Shown here one piece after another: positions 39,200 to 53,139 of a stretch of 64,000 bases of DNA (positions are counted from its first letter, which is position 1; each line of letters begins with the position of its first letter). The stretch spans positions 520,541 through 584,540 of the forward strand of contig JALDTO010000235.1 in NCBI GenBank assembly GCA_023515725.1, in the 5' to 3' direction. The notes beneath the pieces were generated by a model that was not told where the DNA came from, searched no databases, and was given only the letters and a program-made list of their open reading frames with translations. The position numbers were made by a program, and so were the translations under genes. The DNA is from Amoeboaphelidium protococcarum X5 (taxonomy: Eukaryota > Fungi > Aphelidiomycota).

Positions 39200-40110
39200 A
39201 AATAAATTTTATTTGTAGCTATGTCACAAGACTGATTGTCCGTCTGAGTACTCTGGGTGAGCTCCCATCAGCCGCCCTTGCAGGAAGAAGCATCTAAAGA
39301 TCTTCTTGATTAAATCAGTAAGCACAATCCACTTTCGCGAACCGGAACCTGGATAGCTCTCTTTCGCATCCAACTTGCTTCATACTACGTTCATTTTCCT
39401 TCGCTTGCCACCCACTTCTTGCACCTCGACATTTTGCTCATCATTGTACTTACGTTTAAATCTGAGCGTGATGCCAGTCATGCCGTTCACTATTCGGCCT
39501 GATTATCTAGTGATGACCACCGAGATCTGCGATGGGTTCAGTCTTCTTCTCTTCCCTGTACTATCGTCAGCAGTACACTCTTCATTCCTTATTCTTACTC
39601 TAGGATCGACTGTGGAATTAGACTTAGACAGTTTTAACTCTCTGATCTGTGCACATATTTCACTCCATTTGCTGGACTTATTACGTTGCCTCCAGATAGC
39701 TTGCAACAGACTCATGAGACACTCCACGATGATCCATCTATCATTAATTACCAACTATCTCTCTTCCAATTAATCAGTGAGGGCTAGTATGCACCTAGCA
39801 AAACAAAACATCGAATCATTTGCTTACCAGACTCGATTTATGATGGTCATTATTGTACAATACAGTTACTCTGTCTTGCTCTAGATCATCTCTTCACCGA
39901 CATATTACTCTCTCACCAATTTCTAGCAGATCTCTCTACATACTTAATCTCTATCCTATACTTTTATATTTTATTGACAACTGAACACATGGTTTCTATC
40001 CTCGACCAGTCCACAGCCCATTACACATTTATCATCTTCCTTTAAATGATATTCAACCGTACTGGCATGTTTTAATTTTGCGAACGGTAAAAAAGCTTTA
40101 TTCATTCAAT
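39200..40110 (-). mobile_element. 5'-truncated non-LTR retrotransposon (L1/Tx1-like) 3' fragment; ORF 40105-39380
   Basis: FLPFAKLKH..CVMGCGLVEDRNHVFSC (zf-RVT-type CCHC finger), then LLQAIWRQRN, typical of the ORF2 C-terminus. No RT domain. AATAAA and an AT-rich tract lie downstream near 39190-39215. Confidence 0.6.
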
Positions 40111-41060
40111 TAGAATGTATTCCAGTGCTTGCCTGTAGTTTATATGGCCAAAATAGGCCCAAAAAGTTAATCGACAACACTCTACATTCCCTTGCCATCT
40201 CTGATCAAAGTACTACTAGAGCCCGACAAATCTTGACTACTGAGATCGAAACGAGTTCAGGTAGATCATTTGTGGTATGATCGTCGATGAAATTACACCT
40301 TTTGACAGACTATATACACAAAGATAAATAATGCGGAAAGATATATAGCAAGACCAAGAGTCGGGCAGAGACACCAACAGAAGTACAAGAAGATAAATAT
40401 ATGTTAATAAGATATATACTCTATTAACACGTTAAGTTGAAGAAATCAATGTTCATAAGAGGCACGCATATATACTGCAGATACTTGCCTATTCGAGATC
40501 TAAATGATGAGAGAGACGCGCACTTGAAACAATGTTGATCATCCAAGTCCCACAGAGTCAGCTGTAGATACTTGATCAACGAGTGTGCTAACAGAAATAA
40601 AAATCAATTGCTTATGTAATACGCAATGTAATGTTCCTCCTATTTGAAAACGTTGTTTAACAATAAATAGATTCGTTTAAGCATTTACTCAAGAGTCCAA
40701 TGTAATTCTGTACTTTGGCAAAGCTGAATCTAGTGATGACAGGTTGCCCGCAAAGTGAGCGCACGTTTATCAACTTACAGACATAGCGTCCTGATAGCCA
40801 TATGATCTCTACTTTTAAACATTCTCCATATATCTTTTCAACAGTACATTATAGTCTACTCCATATACAAAATCACCGCCAAACTTAGTTTCGGTGACTT
40901 AAAGTCGAATGAGAAAAAAGCTCTTCCTCAAACCGCGTCGCTTTGATTGTTCGCTCGGTATTGTTTCAACTCTTGACATCTCTCACTCACTCTTTACAGT
41001 ATACTGACTTACTCATATCAGACAATTAGTAAATTTTGGGCTCTGCTTAGTATACCAGAA

Positions 41061-42662
41061 ATGCGGTCCTTAAAATATTTAGTATAGCTTTACGTATTTA
41101 AGTGTCTTTGCCTTTATCAATTGCAAGTATAAGGATTCAGCTAGTCTGGTATTGATTTTGAGCTTGTTGATGGACTGTATGAGATTGCTGATATACAAGC
41201 TAATACATTGAAATAGAACAATTTATTTGTCACTGGCACATCTAATTAGTTTCTGTCTACTTCTATTGAATATCAAGGATTGTAGAGAACCGGGAGAATA
41301 TTATAATTTGAGTAGCACGATCCTGAGGCCATCTTTGTCTCAACATCGCTTGCCATTGATGATCAAAATGGAGACGTTTACGTCGTGGGATTCTCAAACT
41401 ATGACCAAGAGCGCAAGACTGTAAACGAAAATGGCTATGGTGATTATATGCTTGCAAAATATCATGGTAGCAATAGTTCTTTGGCGTACTTGAAAATTTG
41501 GGGAACCGAGGAGGATGATCTGGCCATTGGTGTTACAGTGGACTCCGCCAGCCACTCTGTTTATGTGAGCGGCACAGTTGGAGGAAAGATTGATGGCCAA
41601 GTGTTCAAGGGTGGTGCTGATATCATTTTATTTAAATTTGATACTAATGGTACAAAGTTATGGACACGTACATTTGGCCAGAAGGGAATAGAGTTTGGTT
41701 GGCAGTGTCAGATGGGAAGCACTTCAGATGAAATATATCTCACTGGTTTTATTGATAATTATTATGGTTTTGTGCAGAAATATCATTCTAACGGCACATT
41801 GTTATGGACAACCACTATGAAGTAGCCTAGTTCGTTTAATGCATTGACTGTGGCAAAGAACATCGATGGCAAAGATCGAGTGTACGTTACTGGATACGTC
41901 TTTGGGCCAATAGATGAGCATACAACATACATGGCTGATGTGATTGTCACATATTTTGATGCTAATAATGGAACTCGTGCGCCGTGGAGTATAGTATTCG
42001 GTGGGAATGGTATTGATTTTGGTTATGATTTGGCTATTCATCCGTAGTCTAAGCACATTCTTGTGACTGGAACAACAAATGATCGAATCGCTCCTTAAGT
42101 CAAGTCACAGGGTGGCCAAGATGCCTTCTTGTCTGCCTTCCATTTTAATGGAACTAATCTGTGGCATAAATAGTTTGGTTCACAGATGAATGATATCTCA
42201 TCTGCGATTACCATTCTCAAGAATGGAAATGTGTTCATTGGTGGAGTTTGGAATGAGGAATCAGCTTTCATAGGACAACTGTCTTCTTTGTCATCTACTG
42301 GCACAAGAATTGGCACCGATGATACTGGAACGGAGGCACCTCACTCGCGCTCTGCTCTTCTGCCAATAATTTTAATTCTTGGCATAAGTGCATGTGCGTT
42401 GTACATTGTGTATAAAAAGAGAGGCCCATACGCTTTCGATTATGTGTTGGGGAGAAGAGCGCGACTTGATTTGCCATTTCTGAACACGAACAGAAGAATA
42501 AGGCTTGATGATGTGTATGACATTTCTCCGCGCGAAGGTGGTGGTGCTAATATTGTGAATCCGCGCAATTCGTTCCCCAGTCAGGATCCACTAGCCGATG
42601 ACGATGATATGTTGGAAGCTGAGACTGATCCGTTGAATGCGGTAAAACGATCCTAGAAATGA
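41061..42662 (+). CDS. Type I membrane protein with SBBP-like beta-propeller repeats, 533 aa
   Basis: Hydrophobic N-terminus. Repeats such as WGTEEDDLAIGVTVDSASHSVYVSG..GGADIILFKFDTNGTKLWTRTFG and GGQDAFLSAFHFNGTNLWHKQFG. TM helix LLPIILILGISACALYIVY followed by KKR. TGA at 42660. Confidence 0.8.
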
Positions 42663-43050
42663 ATACTTGTAGCTAATGTTACTATGTTCAGTATTTGTAC
42701 CATCATTAGTTCCTATGACCAATGCGGCTTTTAATCGACTAGCCCATCTCACATCTAAATCTCTCTCTCTCCTGCGTGACTCGACCAGCAGAATTGTTTC
42801 AGAGTGAGATTTTGTTGATTTTACTTCTCATTATAGTTTCTGCTGCTGAGCATTGTGATAACAAATAGCTTAAATTTATATCGAGTCTAAATTTCATTAC
42901 TTGCATTGATATAGAGTGAATAAATATGGTGGTAGCAGAAATCGCCGCATAGGTAATATTGTTGATATGAAATTATTGCTTTTATGCTTGATGTACGAGA
43001 AGTTTGTAGAGTCAAAAGACTTAACTAAACAAAGTTGTCATGTAACATTT

Positions 43051-43691
43051 ATGACTTGTCTCAGGAATTATATATTCAAATGTATATCACCTAAGGTAAC
43101 TAGTAGTGTCTAAAAGTGCGAGGGAAAATCAGGCTCGTTTGTTGAAAAGTTGGTGACCAAAATGTCGTTCTCCAAGGATGATGTGGTGGCTTCATTTAAG
43201 GAAACTTGTACCTTAACTAAAGAGAAGCGTTACAGGTAGTACATTATTTCTTACTGAATTTTATAGGTAATGGTTATTATCAAAGAGGCAATTGATATGT
43301 AGTTCTGTTCAAATTGGCCGCGATTCTCATATTGAACTCAACTCTGATCTCGTATACATGTAAATCTTGACTCATTTTCCTATAGATATATATAAACGAT
43401 CCGCTGTGTTATCTTTGTAGGAACCATTCGTGTGATCCCAATGTGAAGGTTGATGTTAAAGCGATGAATGTTGTGGCTTTGAGAGATCTGCCAGTAGGCT
43501 CTGAATTGACATTCTTTTACCCATCTACTGAGTGGGCAATGGCTCAACCTTTCGATTGTTGGTGTGGATACAGTCGCTGTCTGAAAAAGATTCAAGGCGC
43601 TGAACATTTAGAAACAGAATAGCTGATGGACTACTACATCAATGATCACATTCTGGAAATGTTGAATGAAAGAGATTCAATCAGTTGTTGA
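43051..43691 (+). CDS. Small SET/post-SET domain protein (introns 43236-43302, 43360-43420); start uncertain
   Basis: KRYS|SVQIGRDSHIELNSDLVYM|NHSCDPN, ELTFFYPSTEWAMAQPFDCWCGYSRC. Confidence 0.85.
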
Positions 43692-43745
43692 ATCTTAAGA
43701 CTGTACTTGAGGTGAGCAAAGATTCTAGTTCGAATACAGATCAAA

Positions 43746-44848
43746 TCATTTGTTAGAGCGTCTCTTGGTATTATTCGCCTTCAGAACCTTGCGTCTTTTA
43801 TAATTGCTTTTGGAATCTTTACTCTCCTTAGGTTGACGCTTCTTGCTCTCCTTGACTTTGCGCACACATTAGGAGATCCTCATTGGACGCGCCTATGCTT
43901 TGTGATCACTTGAGGCGGCCTAGTGGATGTAAGGAGTCTCGTTCATTTGCAGTGCTATACTCACGCTAGACTTGTCTTTGAAGCAGACGTACGCGATACC
44001 CTTACCAACGTTAGTGACATTGTCTCTAACGACGCGCACACCGTGAACCTGTCCACACGCATTCTCAAACTGACGCCACAGAGCTTCTTCGTTAGCATTC
44101 AGAGGCAAATTTCCCACAAATATCGTATGCTTAGGATCAAAAGGCTTCTTGTGGTCAGCGTAATCGCATCTCAAGTGGCGATCTTGAAATAGTTTCCCAT
44201 TCAATTGATCGATACACTGCTTAACCATCTGACGCTCTTTAAATACAACGTACGCATTTACAGAATCACATTACTCATGAAGATCGACATGCTTCGTGAT
44301 TGCAATTTTACGCATCTTTTTATTCTTGGTCGGTCTACTAAGCGCGATAGATCTAAATCTGATAGACTCAATCTTTAGCTGTTACTATGACTCTACTGGA
44401 GATGGAGACGATACCTCGGAATCTTGATTAACGCGACCACCGCTCAAGATAAACTGCTTCAGCTCTCTTGTACCTGCTTTGTCCATAACCTCAAGCGGTA
44501 GATTTCCAATGAACATTGTCCTCTCCATCTTTTCTTCATCATCTTTTACAATAGACTATTGTTGACCTTTAGTAGCTTCAAGATTCTGTGAAGTTTCCGA
44601 AATATCACTATCGGGCTTCTAAAGCAATGAGGAAGGCACCGCAATAGAGAGAGGCTACACCGCTTGATTCTGAGGACCAGATTGAGTTGAAAATTAAGCA
44701 ATCTACACTATACAAGATATTAATTAACGCGTCATTATACAACATATAAGGTACATCCTACACTCTATTTAAACAAATCCGCGACAGTCATTTGCTCTTT
44801 GTTGCTCTTTTCCCACTTTTTCACTGATGAGACTGCGCGAATCTTCAT
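43746..44848 (-). CDS. NOP12: Nucleolar two-RRM protein Nop12/RBM34 (intron 44703-44761; alternative start 44791)
   Basis: ERTMFIGNLP, IESIRFRSIA, SVNAYVVFK, RHLRCD, TIFVGNLP and VRVVRDNVTNVGKGIAYVCF, with a basic tail. Confidence 0.88.
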
Positions 44849-44935
44849 TAAAAATAAAGCGAGCATACAAATAGAGTAAGCGAAATCTTCAAACGAGCAT
44901 AAATATTTATATCTATTCTCATTAAGAATCATCTG

Positions 44936-45847
44936 TCACTTGCTGGATAAGTTCTAATGACATCTAATCAAATTACGCTCAAGCATAGACACGGTCAACT
45001 TTCCGATCGATGGCACGTAGATGGAAGCGCGATGAGTGATATCATCCTTAAAGTTCTTAAAGGAGCTAAAATTAATGGCGATAACTCCATCCTTTAAATG
45101 ATCCGTCTCCACTTTATACTCTTTGGATGGCACACCTGTTATCACAACGTCAGACTAAGCCAATACTTACTGGAGATTGAGAGAGCACTCTGCCACCGTA
45201 TGTCTATGCTACTTCAGGCCTTGACCGCGAGTGAACACCTGAATATCTTTGATGTCCACACTGAACACTTTGGCTCCATCGTTGGCAAGCAGTGCAGCCA
45301 GAGGTCGGCCGACAACTTCGCTGCGATTAATCACGCACACAGTTTTGCCATGAAGCCGATTTCCATAAGGTATCGCGGAATTATAAACATTCAAATGCTC
45401 AAGGACTTTGACGACAGCTAGCGGAGTACATGGGATGATGCATTTACTACCATCAGGTAGCTGGCGAATGTTATAATACATGTTAAACTTGAAAGTGTGA
45501 GTAAGTCCCTCAACATCCTTCTGCACATTCACAATGTTCTGCAAATACAAATCTTGATCGTTTCCAAACACTGGATAGTACACCATAATGCCATGAACCC
45601 TCGGATCGTTATTGGCATCGACAATCGCGTCTTCAAGTTCATTTTTATCACATTGCCGCAACTGGAAATTGATGCCATCTTCTTCGCACTACTTCTACGT
45701 CTGACGTGCATACTTGACCGCGAATTCATCTTCATTGGCAAGGAATGCATACAGCGTCGGCCTAGCATCCTCTTGTCCAACGCTCTACGTATACTCTTTG
45801 ACTTCTCCTCTAAATTTGGCCGCGATATCACCAGCCTTAACCTCCAT
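44936..45847 (-). CDS. MTD1: NAD-dependent methylenetetrahydrofolate dehydrogenase, 303 aa
   Basis: VHGIMVYYPVFG, KDVEGL, IIPCTPLAVVKVLEHL, VINRSEVVGRPLAALLANDGA and ITGVPSKEYKV. Confidence 0.93.
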
Positions 45848-46021
45848 TATTATTATCTAAATGCTCGTATTAATCAACTGTGGCGATCGTTTTAGTTAAA
45901 GACAGACAAGCGGGCGATCATTACATTGTTCGTTCAAAACCCGATCAGAACACTTCAATCAATCCATCATGAATCTCTCTTTCTCAATCAGAGCAAGCGC
46001 GAAAACTGAATAAAAATAAAA

Positions 46022-47050
46022 ATGATCAAAATTAATAGAAAGCCGTCAAGTAAGAGAGCAAAGAGGGAACTTGAGAAGAGGGAACCCAAAATTATTGAGG
46101 ATCCCAAGCACTGTCTGGTCTTAAAGGGTAAACATACGTCCGAGATGGTGAATGGTTTACTCAGAGACTTGCACGCGTTGAAGAAGCCTCATTCCACCCT
46201 GTTACACAAGAAGAATGATATCAACCTCTTTGAGGATACTAGTTCTATTGAATTTCTGTGTGATAAAAATGATGACTCGTCTCTATTTATCCTGGGTAAT
46301 CACATGAAGAAGAGGCCACACACTATCACAGTGGGTAGATTATTTGACGGACGCGTACTGGATTTCGTCGAATTGCAGGTGATGCACCATGTCAGTATTG
46401 ATGATTTCACAGCTCTGGGTGATGGTAAGAGCAGTGCTGGATACAAACTGGGTGTTAAACGCGTAATGACTTTCCACGGTGATGGATGGTCAATGACGGG
46501 AAGTGAGCAGCATCAGCTATTGAAGAATGTTCTATTTGATTTGTTCAACGTTGAGCCATTGGAGAAGATTTCTCTCAGCGGTGTTGATTCTGTGATTGCA
46601 GCATCCCTGGATCAAGATGGTATCCTGGACATTCGCGTATACTCTGTCCTAATGAGAAAGAGCAGTGATGGAGCAGTGCCATACATCTAGTTGGAAAATG
46701 CCGGTCCGTTTATCTAGGGGAAGGTGGTTCGCTTTAGAGATCATGAGTCTGAAGTATGGCACAAGGCTACTAGAGTACCTGCAGAGGTTAAGCCGAAGAA
46801 GATTAAGAATGTTGATAAGGATATTCTGGGCACGACTATCGGTACTGTCCATGTGGACAAGTAGGATCTCAATAAACTGCAGACGCGTAAGATGAAGGGA
46901 TTAAAGAGGAGTCGAGATGAGAAGTAGTCGGCAGAAGATGGTATTGAGGAAGATGAGGAGATTGAAGAGGACGATAATGAGGATGAAGACTCTGGTTCTG
47001 AAGAGGAAATTGAATAGGAGACTGAGGAAATATCTGGATCTACAGAATGA
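46022..47050 (+). CDS. RPF2: Ribosome production factor 2 (Brix domain), 342 aa
   Basis: KRELEKREPKIIED, KKRPHTITVGRLFD and K[TAG]DLNKLQTRKMKGLK, with an acidic tail. Confidence 0.93.
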
Positions 47051-47091
47051 GATAGAACTAATATTATAATTATGACTTGTCACATTAAAGA

Positions 47092-48369
47092 TCACTTTGG
47101 ACTCTCATTAGTCTATTTGTCCAATAGCGATTAGATATTCGACCGAGCTTGACGGATGTGCATCATGTGAGAACTACCGTACTATTCCATAAAAGTATTC
47201 AAAGTGGCAGCTCTTAGTTCAGCAAACATCTTGAATTGCGATTTCACCTTCTACTTGCATTCATTCTCTTATTACTAGCACAATGTCCGAGTCTACAGAG
47301 TTTTCTCCTTGGCAGCGTATGCAGCTGTTACATCTTCATCATTAGTCTACAGTCTCAATAGCGTGTCGGAAGCCTTCTAATGCTCCATATCGGCCACATA
47401 ATAATCTAAAAGAACATCCAAATAGTAATTGAGAAAGCCCTTGAGCTGATGAATATAGATGAGCAAGTTCATCAACAGATCTGCAGAACATTTTAACCTA
47501 TCCGTGAGATCAGCATTCAACTTCTTGCCAGGTTTGCCTACAATCTGAAAGAATGCCTGTATGCCATCCATTGACTGTGTAGATGAAGACATTTAATACG
47601 AATATCGGGCCAGATTATCTGCATGTTCAATCATTGCATAGTACTTCTCTATCATATTCACCAGTTAGTCTTCTACCAGGAGCAGGTACTTCTTATCCGC
47701 CTCATAATGAGCTTACTCATCCATTAAAACATTCGACGTATTGTCATTAGAAAATAGCCTGATTCCGCGATGATATTCATGAGGCATAATTTATTTCAAG
47801 AAGGACATTGATACCCGGGCTATTGTTCTCTTTATACCATTACTAACTACAGATGCACCGCTGGCTTTTAGATTCTCATTGAATTGATCACTCATGAAGT
47901 ACTCCACGCTTTTACACTGCGATATCCGATCGCTCTAATGCTACAGAATAGAGTTCAGCCATCGCTTTATCTGCAATAGCTTCCTTTATGAAGTGACTTA
48001 CGTATAGTATTTTTCAGTACTTTATCCAGGTGTGTCATCCGATTAATGTCGCTTCTGTCTAGGCAGCAGACGTTATAAGTCCAAGAATTTGGACCATTAG
48101 TTGGCAATCGTAGTTGATTCATAGAATCCATACTTTACCAGGAGTTCCAGCTGATCAAAGCCAGATTAATCATATACACTGAAAGGACATGGGTGAAGGA
48201 GCAGGAGTTCCTACCCAGCGACAGTCATCAATTCTCGGTGTAGCCATATTATACTTGACTTGGTCCGGTGAATGACGGTGCCACCAATTAAGCTAATCTT
48301 GTACGAAATGACACCGCCGAGTCTATCAAATGCTACATCCACACTATCCACCAGCTATTCTTTGTTCAT
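47092..48369 (-). CDS. Divergent PX-BAR sorting nexin (SNX5/6- or Vps17-like), 425 aa
   Basis: Single open frame. PX-like N-terminus (ISYKI..VIHRTKSSIIWLHREL..PCP..IKRWLNSILQH..SVEYFM), then an all-helical BAR-like region ending FKMFAELRAATLNTFMEQYGSSHM. Confidence 0.55.
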
Positions 48370-48567
48370 TATTTCAAAGTTTAATACTGAGCTGTATAGA
48401 GAAACTATTCTTACTTGACGGTTGAAGAGATAAAGCACAAGATTTTTAAAGAGCGACGCGTTACGACGAAACAAAGTACAAGCGTAAAATAGGCGTGATC
48501 AAATAGCGACGAGAAATAAGGGCTCAAAACTACAGACTTCATACAAAGAGATCTATATATATAACAA

Positions 48568-49797
48568 TCATTTCTGTAATGGCAATGCAGATAATCCACG
48601 CTACTTCTTTTAAATAATCTTCTTCTCTTGCGCGGCTCTTTACGCAAGATGCAAAACTCTGAGCTTGGCCAGATCATCGCCCTGAAATAATGACAAGAGG
48701 TGCTCAAATTCAGGCGATAATTATGATGGTGAAAATGTGGCATCGTCCAGTCCAAACACTTTCATAATATCTAAAACCAGCGGAGTATCTCCAGCATAGC
48801 CTTCTTTATGCTCAAAAATGCATTCTTGATCAAATGTGGGATGACCACTATTCCTAAATATGAACAACCCACCCAGCTGCACATAATTGCCATTGAAATC
48901 ACTAGTCTGTTTGAAATATGAGTCGCTTGCTAAATTCACGGCAGCCTTCATTTTTTAAATATTCGTCAGGCCATAGGCATTGGATAGGGACAATTTCTTT
49001 AGAGACAGCAGAGAGAATGCAGTGCCAGATGGATTTACAAAAAGCTGTACCTACTGATCGGATTCATTGTTATGATCAAAACTATTTTCGGCATCGCGAT
49101 GATTACAGTTACCATCATCATTTATTATTCCATTATGAGTGTCATTAATCATATGATTTGGGACATTTTGTACTTATTGCCTTCGCTATGAACTAATATG
49201 TAGATATTCTTGACGAACAAATTCATCAACACCAATCTCTTCACAAGCAATAGCCACCAATTTTATATTATCTTTCAATAACGGCCTAAGCACATGATCA
49301 AATAGATACATTAAGCCAGTGGTCACCGCTCTGCAAACAGGACACCCAAATCGCCTGAGAAATATCACCATGATGAATGTTGGCGATTTAATCACCTGCT
49401 CCAATCTACAAACTTTATGATCGTAACTAAGCGGATCATACAACAGGGTCCGACTGAACTGCTCCATATTGTTATCCCAAAATGATTAATCCTTTGATGT
49501 CAGAGAGGAGGAGAATGATAGCCCAGAAGCGGCAGATGTAGAATCCCCAGAGTGATGCATCCCGCCGCCGCTATGGAAGCCTTGGTCCATCTGCTGTTTG
49601 TCAAGGGGAGAGATCAATAGCTGGTTATATCTTGACTTGATCTTTTCATTTTCGCATCGCCCACCACCACCACCCCCACCAGTCTCCATACCATTTAATT
49701 CAGTGCCAATAGAGCTATTAGTGCCATCACTTACTCGAATAGAGTCTATATGCATAAGCGAGTCTGTTGTAGTAGCCATTTCCTTGTTTGTACCCAT
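48568..49797 (-). CDS. Peroxiredoxin-like 2 (AhpC-TSA_2, PRXL2B/FAM213B-like) with low-complexity extension and insertion, about 409 aa
   Basis: IFLRRFGCPVCR (CxxC), IKLVAIACEEIGVDEF and GNYVQLGGLFIF..IFEHKEGYAGD. Confidence 0.8.
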
Positions 49798-50314
49798 CAG
49801 TTGTTTCCTTTCGTGCGTTAGATTGACTGACTGATTGACTGCTTGATGAGCTGGAAATCGAAAGGAAAAGAGCCGAAAAGCCGAAAATCTCCGTGATTGG
49901 GGTTCCCACCAACCTGGGAACACAGATTGTATCAAACAAAAGCCTACACAAGGTCACAGCCTCATTCACTCAATTCTCACGGTGAATCATTTCCGTAAAA
50001 CTTTTTTTGGTTGAATTGTTTCAACTTCTGTTTAAATGGACTATTCAGACACTATATAACTCCAACACTTGGGTCTCAAATGGGGACATGAAATTGTAAA
50101 AATTGATGCACATTACGGTGGTTAAAAATTAAGCATGATTTTAAATTATAAGGCTCCATTATTCATTTTTTTATGGCAATTGACTATCTTTGAATTCAGA
50201 GTTATTTCAGGACGCCACTTGACATTGTACGGTAATATTGAACGCGAGTTGATCTTTTATTCGCCGATCGAAACTCCCTCCCTCCCTCGCTCGTTCATCG
50301 TTCATTCATTCTCC

Positions 50315-52042
<1,728 letters not shown>

Positions 52043-52265
52043 GATTGGAGGAGTTTTGAAAAAGATAATCAATCATTAACTTTGAATCTCTATGCATTTT
52101 TAGTTTGCCGTTTAGCATGGGGTTTTAATGCACAGCGCTGTATGATTATGTCGGAAAATAAGTACTACGATGTGATCAATCAGCGGTGTGAATATTGACT
52201 TGTCACAACTTGATGATAACCAAATATTATTACCCAACAGTCAACGCGAAAATAAAATACTATTC

Positions 52266-52955
52266 ATGGAGCCAGTTCAATCGGAGAGTTTATGTATGTT
52301 TGACGTATATGTCAGCGAAGACGTGTTAAGATCAGCATAGAATTTAGCCAGAGAGCACAATTACCGTGGCGCCGTTAAACATTTATAATCCGCAGTGGCT
52401 GGGGTAGTAGCGCACCATAGAACTGGCGAATTATATCATGGCTCAGCCTTTTTGTTTTCTCAAAAGTTGTATCTGTTGACATGTTTGCATGTTGTGGAAT
52501 CTGCTGACCGCATCACTGTAAAGTTTAACGCTTTAAAGCAGTTTGAATACGAGGCGGAGATTGTACATCAATCATCCGAATATGATCTTGCTGTCTTGAA
52601 ACTATCAGGATACACCTTAGAGAAAGATCATAACTTGATGTCGATAGTACTGGCACGAGATCCTGAAATTAGTAATTGTAGTTTGTGTGCGGGTATGAAC
52701 TCTGGCGGATCTTTTGACTTTACCGCTGGTACTGTCATTGGCCGCATTGATTAGCACCAATTCTTTGTGTCGAACGTCACTATCGACGGTTAATCTGGAG
52801 CTCCATGTACAGATTACACGGGATAGATTCTATATGGAATGATAAAGGAGACTTTTGGACTTTCGCACTTGAAAACGTCTGTGATTACCGCTTCGGATGT
52901 TGTGCAGTTTCTGAATAATGCGCCTCCAGAAATTCCTCGGATGCGCATGCAGTGA
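52266..52955 (+). CDS. Trypsin-like (Trypsin_2/HtrA-type) serine protease domain protein, 229 aa
   Basis: HGSAF..LLTCLHVV (His), YDLAVLKL (Asp) and DG[TAA]SGAP (Ser). No PDZ domain or signal peptide seen. Confidence 0.78.
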
Positions 52956-53139
52956 AAGTAGACGTTCTTGTTGTCGTTGCTATTATTCAGTACTAATAAC
53001 ACTTTTAATCGCGTTAGAACTCAGTCCATTTGGTTTGAACAACAGTACTGTAACATCCTTGATCCGTGTACAAAATGTGCGCATTGCCATAGTTAGTAAA
53101 TATATATTGGCAATTTTTAATTCCACACTCTTTCATTAT

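Noticed and set aside
40110-40870. Possible minus-strand spliced ORF upstream of the LINE fragment
   Set aside because: No recognisable motif, unclear start and splice sites. TGA-free stretches of this length can arise by chance when only one stop codon exists.
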